A stretch of 64,000 bases of DNA, from the IMG/VR virus record IMGVR_UViG_3300021964_000019; one strand, given 5' to 3'. Position 1 is the first letter of the stretch; every line of letters begins with the position of its first letter. Both the position numbers and the translations under genes were made by a program. Source of the stretch: an uncultured virus (IMG/VR IMGVR_UViG_3300021964_000019) (taxonomy: Duplodnaviria > Heunggongvirae > Uroviricota > Caudoviricetes). Positions 56,509 through 64,000 of this stretch are shown here, piece after piece. The notes beneath the pieces are model-generated. The model saw only the letters and a program-made list of their open reading frames with translations. It did no database searches and was not told the DNA's origin.

Positions 56509-57689
56509 ATGTAAGTCTCCATCGTTCTAAAAAAGTAATCTATCTCTTCGTGCATTTTACTTGGATTATTACCAATGAAGAATCCTTGATTATCTAAGAT
56601 ATCAGATCCTTTATAACCATCAATATTAGTTTTATAGTTAAGTCTTTTAATAACAGGATTGTTCATAAAATTACCTGCAACTATCGGTCTGCACTCAATT
56701 TCGTTTTCAATTAATTTTCCTACAATAAAATCTCTATCTAGTCCTTCTCTTAAAACAATACCAAACCCAAACCAGCTACTATATGTGGTATTTTTGTGTC
56801 CATCATTTTCTTCTTTTTGTAAGTAAAAATCTGGGTTATCCCTAAGTCTATCTTGAAAATAAAGAGCATTGTCTCTTCTAGCACTAGTCATGCTATCTAG
56901 CTTTTTTAACTGAGCCTGCCCAATTGCTCCACTCATTTCTAATGGTCTTACACTGTAACCAGGTAGTGCAAATCTAAAACTGTCTTTAAACGGGTTGCCT
57001 ACTTTATTACAAACAGTATTTTCTTGTGGCAACTCTCTCATCCAACCATGAGCTCTTAAACTTTTACAATATTCTGCAAGTTTAAGATCGTCTGTTACGA
57101 TCATGCCTCCTTCCATAGTCTGCATATGATGACTAAAAAAGAAGGAATAAGTACCCATAGTGCCAATAGTTCCTAAATGTCTTCCTCTATATTTCGCACC
57201 TAAGCTTTCGCAGTTATCTTCTAATAGTAGAATATTGTGTCTGTGACAAATTTCTATTAGTCTAGCGTATTCACAAGAGTTACCTAACAGGTTAACAGCA
57301 AGAACAGCTTTTGTGTTTTCAGTGATATTTTTTTCAATATCACTAGGATCGATGTTGAAAGTATGAGGATTTACATCAACAAATTTCATTACTAGTCCAT
57401 ACTGATGAACTGGAAAAAATGTAGTAGACCAACTAACTGCAGGAACAATAACTTCATCTCCGGGATTTAAGTCAATATCTTCATTTAGTACTAAACTGCC
57501 AATCATTAATAAATTAGCTGAACTTCCACTATTTACCATTACAGCATGGTTTTTACCCACAGTTTTGGCAAATTGTTTTTCAAATTTTTCTACTTCTGGA
57601 CCCATAGTAAATCTATTACTATTTATTACTTTTTGAATCATTCCAAGCTCTTCATGATCCCAGGTTTCACACGCTAATGGATATCTCAT
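56505..57689 (-). CDS. colD: GDP-4-keto-6-deoxy-D-mannose 3-dehydratase (ColD-type DegT/DnrJ family)
   Basis: VNSGSSANL, EDNCES, SFFFSHHMQTMEGG (His at the usual Schiff-base Lys position), SLRAHGW. Confidence 0.8.
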   Translation of the reverse strand: MRYPLACETWDHEELGMIQKVINSNRFTMGPEVEKFEKQFAKTVGKNHAVMVNSGSSANLLMIGSLVLNEDIDLNPGDEVIVPAVSWSTTFFPVHQYGLVMKFVDVNPHTFNIDPSDIEKNITENTKAVLAVNLLGNSCEYARLIEICHRHNILLLEDNCESLGAKYRGRHLGTIGTMGTYSFFFSHHMQTMEGGMIVTDDLKLAEYCKSLRAHGWMRELPQENTVCNKVGNPFKDSFRFALPGYSVRPLEMSGAIGQAQLKKLDSMTSARRDNALYFQDRLRDNPDFYLQKEENDGHKNTTYSSWFGFGIVLREGLDRDFIVGKLIENEIECRPIVAGNFMNNPVIKRLNYKTNIDGYKGSDILDNQGFFIGNNPSKMHEEIDYFFRTMETYI

Positions 57690-57696
57690 TTTTCCC

Positions 57697-58467
57697 TCAT
57701 AAAGTATATATAATATTATCAAACCACTTATAGTGTGGATAATAATTTCGTTTTATAAAATCTTCTTTTCCTCTAGAAAAGTATAATAAATCAATCTTTT
57801 TATTCATAGATTTAGAACAGAAAGCGTGCCAATACCCTGAATTAGGTACTATTACCATATCTGCTAGATTAGCTATGGCACACTGCACTAAATAATCATG
57901 TTCTTTTACTTCTATTTCTTTGCTTATTTCAATAAAGTGAGTAATACCTTGTTTTTTAGCCCACTCTCTACCATAGTTTTCAGGAAGGCTTCTGTTAGGA
58001 TCACCGCTATGAGTTTGAATAAATGCAAACTTATTTCCGTCAGTTAATCTTTGTACTTCTTCTTTTGCAAAAGCTCTATCATCTTCACTAATCCAAACTT
58101 CTGGATCTGCATCTTCCATTGTAACTTCTAGCATATCATTATAGTTTTGTACTAAATAGTTGTTCGGACTATCCCATATCATTCTAACTTCATCATAACC
58201 ATTTCTTTTAGCCCACTCAATGCCTTCTTGTAAAATAGAAGGAAACCCTACTCTAGTATTTAAGTGACCAAAATCATGCCACGGATCGCTTAAAATATAA
58301 ACAGACTCATCAATATAGGGGCAATTTTTCCATAGGTTTGCTTGTTCAAATCTTTTTTGCATTGCAACTGAGGCTCTATATCCTTTTTGGTTATACCAGT
58401 TTTTTAAAGCAGAAGATAATACAACTGCGTCTCCTAATCCGTGTCCAAAAACAATTAAAGTCTTCAT
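57697..58467 (-). CDS. GT9-like glycosyltransferase
   Basis: HGLGDAV, PYIDE, PEVW, NSGYWH. Confidence 0.65.
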   Translation of the reverse strand: MKTLIVFGHGLGDAVVLSSALKNWYNQKGYRASVAMQKRFEQANLWKNCPYIDESVYILSDPWHDFGHLNTRVGFPSILQEGIEWAKRNGYDEVRMIWDSPNNYLVQNYNDMLEVTMEDADPEVWISEDDRAFAKEEVQRLTDGNKFAFIQTHSGDPNRSLPENYGREWAKKQGITHFIEISKEIEVKEHDYLVQCAIANLADMVIVPNSGYWHAFCSKSMNKKIDLLYFSRGKEDFIKRNYYPHYKWFDNIIYTL

Positions 58468-59387
58468 TAAACTATCTCTTTTATTTTTTCTATAACTTGA
58501 TTATATGTTATAGTTGTTATGTGAGGAAGATTATATATGTATTTACCGTTTTTATTAGGAGGTAAAAAAGCTTCCCAATTTGTATTGTGACCAGGCATCC
58601 AAGGCCCTGAAAGTACAATACCTGGATGAGAGTATGCTGCAAGTACCCACATCGATCCACTATCTGTACCTATACTAAAATCACATCCTAAACTTCCTTT
58701 TATTTGTTCAAAAAACTCTAATTTAGTGTGATAATGATATTTATTATCATTACTGAGTCTTGGTTCTTCTATCCACCCAAAATGATGTATTTCAAAACCT
58801 TCTGTAATTAATTTTTGTATAGTACTTTTCCACCAGTCTAAAGAAGGGGATCTACCTGTTACTCGTCCGTATGCAGCAAAAGGCCAAATAGCTATTGAAT
58901 TATTTCCGATTTTATTTGACTTTTTTCTTTCTTTAGAATATCCTTCATTGTTCTCAATATTAGTAAAATCACTATCAAACCATTTATATAGTGTAGGGTA
59001 TCTTTCTTCTTCTGAAAGAACCTCTTTCATATCAAATATATTTGAACATCTAGCAGTGTGTTCAATACAATCCATTTCATTAAACCAGCCATCGATTGAC
59101 TTACAATTATAAACTGTTCTTTCTTTATGATCTATTTTTCTAGTTGATACATCACAACCACTAGCTAACTTATAGTCTTCTTCGCCAAACTCATGCCATT
59201 TGTCTGTAATTTTTATTCTATCAATTAAAGGATGATTAAAAAATAATGGAGCGCATTGAGAAATTTTTTGATGGATGCCAAAATATTTATAGCTGCCAGG
59301 ATATTTTTTTTCAAAATATGTTAGTTGAGGAAGAGACATAATTAAGTCTCCTATTAATCCAAAACTAGTTCCCCAAATTTTCATCAT
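58467..59387 (-). CDS. GT9-like (heptosyltransferase-like) glycosyltransferase
   Basis: GLIGDLIMSLP, NHPLID, IGTDSGSMWVLAA. Confidence 0.75.
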   Translation of the reverse strand: MMKIWGTSFGLIGDLIMSLPQLTYFEKKYPGSYKYFGIHQKISQCAPLFFNHPLIDRIKITDKWHEFGEEDYKLASGCDVSTRKIDHKERTVYNCKSIDGWFNEMDCIEHTARCSNIFDMKEVLSEEERYPTLYKWFDSDFTNIENNEGYSKERKKSNKIGNNSIAIWPFAAYGRVTGRSPSLDWWKSTIQKLITEGFEIHHFGWIEEPRLSNDNKYHYHTKLEFFEQIKGSLGCDFSIGTDSGSMWVLAAYSHPGIVLSGPWMPGHNTNWEAFLPPNKNGKYIYNLPHITTITYNQVIEKIKEIV

Positions 59388-59916
59388 ATTCTTTGTCTTC
59401 TGGCACAGTTACTCCGTCATCTATATCTTCTCCAATATTTTGAAGATCAAAAGCAATTATTATCCTTCTTTTATTTTTATATTCTGGAGATGCGTGTTGT
59501 AACTTACTATTAAATAAAATAATACTATTATCTTTAGTGGTAAATTTCTGAGCTTTATCATCAATTTTAAAATAAGTACCGTCTTCATCACATTTATCTA
59601 AATAGTAAATAGCGCTTACTTTTGCATCTTCGTGAATGTGCCAACCTTCTTCTCCTAAAAATGTTGAACCTTTATCTGTAATATTAAACCAACACTTAAT
59701 AATTTTTAGATTGTCATCATATGCTTTAGATGCAATAGACTCTACTTTTGATATTAAATAATTGAACTCTTTATTATCTTTATATTTAATATGCATATCT
59801 ACCATTGATTGATATAGAGGTATTTCTGTATCGCAAGCTTCTTCTATTTCTTTATTTGCTAACTTAATTAAATCTTTTAGTACTTTTTCAGATAAAAAAC
59901 CATTAATAATTTTCAT
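59365..59916 (-). CDS. Putative 2OG-Fe(II) oxygenase
   Basis: CWFN, WHIHED, SAIYY, ILFNSKLQH, RIIIAF. Confidence 0.7.
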   Translation of the reverse strand: MKIINGFLSEKVLKDLIKLANKEIEEACDTEIPLYQSMVDMHIKYKDNKEFNYLISKVESIASKAYDDNLKIIKCWFNITDKGSTFLGEEGWHIHEDAKVSAIYYLDKCDEDGTYFKIDDKAQKFTTKDNSIILFNSKLQHASPEYKNKRRIIIAFDLQNIGEDIDDGVTVPEDKEYDENLGN

Positions 59917-59946
59917 GTTTTTCCTTACTTTAAAATATGTAAACAT

Positions 59947-60795
59947 CTATGCACTCACTGTTTCTACTATTCTTTTCGCCCAATTATCAGTAGAGTATTT
60001 TTGTACTGTCTGTTTTCCGTGATTTGCTATTTCAAGTCTTTCTTTAGGGTTCTTTAAGAAATATTTTATCTTATCATCTAAATCTTGTATTGAGTTAAAA
60101 GTTACAAAATCTTTTTCAACTTCCCAGTCGTTTTCCATCAGTTCCCAAGACTCTGATAAGAAAAACTGACCGCATGCAAGCACTTTATATACTCTGTCCG
60201 AGGTTCCTTCTTTGTTAGTTGTAAAGCCTAAGTTTACTCTGCTTTTATTTACGATTTTTGTATATTCTACTCCATAAGAATCATTAAAGTTTTTAAAGTT
60301 TAATGAAGCATGGTAGTCTCTTCTATGATCTTTTAAATAACCTACAAATGTTGCATCATATGATTTTTCAAATTTCATAGGTCTGTGAATATTGGGATCA
60401 AAACCTTCTTGAAGATAAAAACTATTTTTATTTTTGTCTCTGAATAAGTTTGCTAGTTTTTCATAAGCAGAGAATATATAATCACTGTGCTGAACTTTTT
60501 CCATCCATTCATTGTCTGCATTTACTAAAGGGTCCATATACCAACAAGCTACTTTACAATGCTCTTTTGCCTTTTTAATAACTTCTACGTTTATAGTATT
60601 GCCTTTACTAATTAGCAATAAATCCGGGTTTTCTTCTTTTACTATTTTTAAAATAGCCTGATCACGTTGTTCTAAAGTATAAGAACCAATGTCTCTCATG
60701 TCAAAAGTAATTAAATCACTAATTTTATCTAAAGAATCAGCTTGTCCTATATTTGTAGAGTGATTAGTAAAAACTCCTACATAAAGTATCTTCAT
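59947..60795 (-). CDS. CgeB-like glycosyltransferase
   Basis: WYMDP, FVG, SRVNLG, SDRVYKVLACG, YFLKNPKERLEIA. Confidence 0.8.
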   Translation of the reverse strand: MKILYVGVFTNHSTNIGQADSLDKISDLITFDMRDIGSYTLEQRDQAILKIVKEENPDLLLISKGNTINVEVIKKAKEHCKVACWYMDPLVNADNEWMEKVQHSDYIFSAYEKLANLFRDKNKNSFYLQEGFDPNIHRPMKFEKSYDATFVGYLKDHRRDYHASLNFKNFNDSYGVEYTKIVNKSRVNLGFTTNKEGTSDRVYKVLACGQFFLSESWELMENDWEVEKDFVTFNSIQDLDDKIKYFLKNPKERLEIANHGKQTVQKYSTDNWAKRIVETVSA

Positions 60796-61661
60796 AGCAT
60801 TTTCTCAATTTTACTTATCACTAAATCAACACTTGGATTCCATCCTTCTTCGTACACTATCTCTCTAGGCGTATTAAAAGGGTTCCAGTCTGTTTTATAC
60901 CTGTTTATGTTATTTTCATTTGTTATAACAACTAAGGGAGTATTGCAAAGAGAGGCTAAATGAGCAGGACCGCTACAGGTTGAAATTAAAAATTTACACT
61001 GATTTAAATATGAGATATCTTCAGATAAATCAATTCCTCTTATATCGTCACAATGTTTAGGCGCATAAGCTCCTGTTTTACTTCCAGTAGCGGCTAATCT
61101 ATAACCTTTATTTGAAAGATATTCTGTAACTTTGTCCCACTTATCTTTTGACCAGTTTTTACTTCCTGTGTCGTGATGAAAACTTTCTCTAGCGTGTATT
61201 AGAATATCATAAGGAGAGTTTAAAATAGAGTTACTAGTATACTTAATAAATTTTTGATGATTTAAAAAATCTGATAAGCGAGGTTCCCTACCTTCTCCAT
61301 CTGCGTGATAATCTACTAAAAAAGTCTGAGTTGGAATCCATAAACAGTTTTTTAGATTTAATTTGTTTATAACTTTTTTATGAAAATTATCATAGCGGTA
61401 ATCTATACAAAGTGCTCCTGTTGTATTTTTACCTGGACAATCATATTCAATATATGAATCGCAGAAATCCTGGTATAAAAAACTTCTACCCGTTCTGCTA
61501 ATTATGTGAAATGATTTTAGATGAGGGTTATCTTCTTTTAATTTTCTTAAATAACCCTGACAGCTAAATAACTCCCATCCAAACTCTCCTACCCAAGGAC
61601 CATACAGAACATGATCAGCTTGTTTAGCGTTTGCTCTAACTTCTTCATAATTAATATGCAT
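60792..61661 (-). CDS. GT9-like glycosyltransferase
   Basis: GEFGWEL, KNW...W, SGPAHLASLCNTP. Confidence 0.7.
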   Translation of the reverse strand: MHINYEEVRANAKQADHVLYGPWVGEFGWELFSCQGYLRKLKEDNPHLKSFHIISRTGRSFLYQDFCDSYIEYDCPGKNTTGALCIDYRYDNFHKKVINKLNLKNCLWIPTQTFLVDYHADGEGREPRLSDFLNHQKFIKYTSNSILNSPYDILIHARESFHHDTGSKNWSKDKWDKVTEYLSNKGYRLAATGSKTGAYAPKHCDDIRGIDLSEDISYLNQCKFLISTCSGPAHLASLCNTPLVVITNENNINRYKTDWNPFNTPREIVYEEGWNPSVDLVISKIEKML

Positions 61662-62352
61662 CAACACTATTCCATAAAGAATCCCAATCTACAATAGGAC
61701 TCATGTGGTGTGGAGTTAGGTGAGAGGAAGTTCCTGGTACAGGGGAAATACATGAGTGTTTTTCAAACATTTTTATAGTAGGATTATGAGGAGCGTGTTC
61801 CATAATAATATCCCATGAGTCAAGCCATGTTTTTGTTTTAGCTGCAAAAGTATAAGTGCCTGAAGGATTTGTTCTCCAATGTCTATCAGACCCTACCATA
61901 AGATAACAAGGATTTCTATCCATTGTATATCTATCTGGATAATCATATGTAGTTACAAAATGTTCCCATTTTTTAAATATTTCTTTCATAGACGAAATTG
62001 CGTCTGGTGTGTGAAGGTAATCATCTTCAACAATGTAGTGTATATCATCAGGATTACTAGATTGTAGTTGGGTTTTTAGAAACTCTAACATTTTAAAAGT
62101 GTGAAGTCTATCTTGTATTTCATGCTTTGGTACTTCTAAAAAAGTTGTGTTGTCATATGAGTACTTTTCAATAAAACTCAGTGTATCTTCTGATACTTCA
62201 TCATGAAGTATAAAAACTTCATCATTTGCATCTATACCGTCATATATAGATTTCCAACATTTTTTAATCATTACGTTTTTGGGAATCTCTGACCATCTTT
62301 GAACCCCACTAACACTTTGTTGTTTTTCACAACAACGAAAATAAATTTTCAT
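61651..62352 (-). CDS. GT-A fold glycosyltransferase-like protein
   Basis: ILHD, YIVEDDYLH, YDYPDRY, HWRT..S.T.TFA. Confidence 0.6.
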   Translation of the reverse strand: MKIYFRCCEKQQSVSGVQRWSEIPKNVMIKKCWKSIYDGIDANDEVFILHDEVSEDTLSFIEKYSYDNTTFLEVPKHEIQDRLHTFKMLEFLKTQLQSSNPDDIHYIVEDDYLHTPDAISSMKEIFKKWEHFVTTYDYPDRYTMDRNPCYLMVGSDRHWRTNPSGTYTFAAKTKTWLDSWDIIMEHAPHNPTIKMFEKHSCISPVPGTSSHLTPHHMSPIVDWDSLWNSVDAY

Positions 62353-63070
62353 GAATTACTACTCCTACTCCACAGCTACCATAAAACCCTATGTGTTTAT
62401 ATTCTTTTTCTGAATACTCATCTTCGAAAGCTTTTCTTTCATAAAACTGTTTAATCCATTCTTTTCTAGAAACATATTTTAATTCTTCGTCATCTGCGTT
62501 TACAGAAAAAGACCATTCATGATATATAATAGTAGTTTTTGGATATTTTTGTTTAATTTCTTTTGCTAAAGCAGTACAAAAAGGTTCTCGGTGATCAGCA
62601 TCTACAAAAATTAAATCATAATTTTCTTCAGACTCTTTTATAAACTCTATTGCATCGCCTTTATAAAAAGAAATAGAATCGTTTTCTAAATAATTTTTAT
62701 AACGAGAACATATTCTGTGAGGAACTTTAATATCTATTCCGTCAAATTGGGTAGTATTGGGTAAAGCTTCTCTAATTAAACTACCGCTTACTCCTTGTGC
62801 TACTCCTATTTCTAAAACCTTTGTAGGTTTTATTTTTTTAAGCAAAGTATATATTACTCTAGCTTCTGTATAATCTAGTGTACCAGATCCTGCCCATTGC
62901 CCGCCATAATCTGCGTGTGCTTCAATAGACTGTTCTAAAAACCATTCATCCCAGATTTGATTAAATTCTTCTGTTTCTTTTTCCCATCCAGAATTAAATA
63001 CAGAGTTTAATTGTTTAATATATTCTATATTAGTTTCTGCATAGTCTTTTGTTGCTTTTTGTTCTATCAT
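62327..63070 (-). CDS. Class I SAM-dependent methyltransferase
   Basis: VLEIGVAQGVS, GID, GDA, YDLIFVDADH. Confidence 0.85.
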   Translation of the reverse strand: MIEQKATKDYAETNIEYIKQLNSVFNSGWEKETEEFNQIWDEWFLEQSIEAHADYGGQWAGSGTLDYTEARVIYTLLKKIKPTKVLEIGVAQGVSGSLIREALPNTTQFDGIDIKVPHRICSRYKNYLENDSISFYKGDAIEFIKESEENYDLIFVDADHREPFCTALAKEIKQKYPKTTIIYHEWSFSVNADDEELKYVSRKEWIKQFYERKAFEDEYSEKEYKHIGFYGSCGVGVVIHENLFSLL

Positions 63071-63092
63071 TTATTACTCCATATATAATAGT

Positions 63093-63120
63093 ATTATACA
63101 CGTTTCTAAAAAATTTTCAA
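63093..63120 (-). promoter_or_regulatory. Promoter of the glycan operon
   Basis: TTGAAA-N16-TATAAT upstream of SD GGAG. Confidence 0.6.
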
Positions 63121-63151
63121 GTGCTAGTTTGGTGGGTAAACTATAGAAATT

Positions 63152-63179
63152 AAAAAAAGGGAGGTTAAACCTCCCTTTT
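63152..63179 (-). terminator. Intrinsic terminator
   Basis: AAAAGGGAGGTT/AACCTCCCTTTT stem with T7 run on the - strand. Confidence 0.85.
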
Positions 63180-63201
63180 ATCTGCTTTGATTATTAACAA
63201 A

Positions 63202-63555
63202 TTAAAATTTAATTTTGCCGCCTACAACGGTTTCTGTATGTTTAAACTCATTATTAAAATCATTTTCTACATAAAGAACCACGTTAGGACCTAATGATTG
63301 TTCTACATCAAATTCATATTTACTAACACTAAAAGCGCCTTGATCGGCTGCAGTATCTGCAAAAGTAGTGCCTACTCTAAGAGATCCGATAGCAACAGAA
63401 GAATAAACTGAATTAACTTCTGCTTCTAGTTCTCTTTCTGCACCAACAGTTACTTCAACTTCTGGAAACACTACTTCAGGCAAGCCCATTCCTTCAGCTA
63501 ATGCAGCACTTGAAACTAGGCTAAGTGCAAAGCCTGAAATTAAATATTTTTTCAT
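63202..63555 (-). CDS. Small outer-membrane beta-barrel protein
   Basis: Signal peptide ending ALA, alternating beta-strands, C-terminal GGKIKF (terminal Phe). Confidence 0.7.
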   Translation of the reverse strand: MKKYLISGFALSLVSSAALAEGMGLPEVVFPEVEVTVGAERELEAEVNSVYSSVAIGSLRVGTTFADTAADQGAFSVSKYEFDVEQSLGPNVVLYVENDFNNEFKHTETVVGGKIKF

Positions 63556-63611
63556 TGTTATACCTTTCATAAAAATACGCCCAACTTTTGTTGGACGAAT
63601 AAGTTAACTTT

Positions 63612-63950
63612 GGGGAGAGCGGTCCGTTCTGTTGCTAGGTGGAACCATACCCCGTGAGATTATGCCGCTAGGCGGTAATCCTCGATTGCGAAATTATCAT
63701 TTGCAATTGTTTGTTTTCTTGCGGTTAAGGTCGCTTGCGCACCTGCTTCTCGATTTAGTTTTTACTACGTCTGTCGATCCTATTTCGCCCCCATCATAAC
63801 TACACCGGTCTTTAATGATGCTACCCAGCACCCTTATCGGTCTTCTTTAATAGTCTTATGCCGGCCACAACGCCGGTGTAGTTATGGTGGAGGCGGCGGG
63901 TACTGCCCCCGCGTCCAGTCCGTCTATTCTACCTCTTCTCAAACGAAGCA
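63612..63950 (-). ncRNA. ssrA: Two-piece (circularly permuted) tmRNA, alphaproteobacterial type; outer boundaries approximate
   Basis: Acceptor piece ends GGACGCGGGGGCAGTACCCGCCGCCTCCACCA (3' A at 63885); 92 nt intervening segment; coding piece starts GGGGGCGAAATAGGATCGAC at 63792; G3-U70 pair; tag frame 63704-63660 ANDNFAIEDYRLAA*. Confidence 0.95.
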
Positions 63951-64000
63951 ATTAGTCTTCAGAAGACTCTATTTCCATTAAAGGAGGAGCTTCATCTAAT

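Noticed and set aside
549..62067. Many short opposite-strand or alternate-frame ORFs in the track (e.g. 549-740, 8406-8663, 30080-30442, 44891-45265, 49455-49739)
   Set aside because: Fully nested in well-supported genes, no SD or motifs; shadow ORFs
51159..63070. Bacterial O-antigen locus (host contamination)
   Set aside because: No wzx/wzy/wzm/wzt genes; contiguous and co-oriented with phage genes and uses the same gene-overlap style
63885..63920. Stand-alone tRNA gene or attP fragment
   Set aside because: The T arm and CCA pair with the downstream GGGGGCG segment and a tag frame follows, so it is the tmRNA acceptor piece; no integrase in the window
1..64000. Stop-codon reassignment
   Set aside because: Standard code gives near-complete coding density and TAA, TAG and TGA all end recognisable genes

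Overview
AT-rich, densely coding 64 kb segment of a large tailed dsDNA phage with T5-like (Demerecviridae-like) replication synteny. The host is probably a marine alphaproteobacterium (inferred from the tmRNA type). The + strand (1-25002) carries the 3' part of the tape measure gene, a lambda-type tail tip module (M/L, separate NlpC and JAB genes, I, two J-like genes), a tail fibre, many tiny Lys/Arg-rich ORFs, an ATP-grasp-like gene, an operon of five Sec-exported Cys-paired proteins resembling a pilin + chaperone + pore module, and two beta-propeller-repeat proteins. The - strand (25029-64000) carries a T5-ordered replication block (PC4, D3, NAD ligase, D5, helicase, primase, PolA, D10-D15, dUTPase, with nrdAB, uvsE and a PiT-like transporter inserted), a ~12 kb glycan biosynthesis/transfer cluster (gmd, colD, many GTs), a small outer-membrane barrel and a circularly permuted two-piece tmRNA. 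Best candidates for novelty: the pilus-like exported module, the permuted tmRNA, two similar non-coding promoter/AT-rich/C-GGA-G hairpin elements 36 kb apart, and recurrent promoters whose spacer is complementary to their own leader/RBS. All family calls are from motif recognition by eye; no database search was run.
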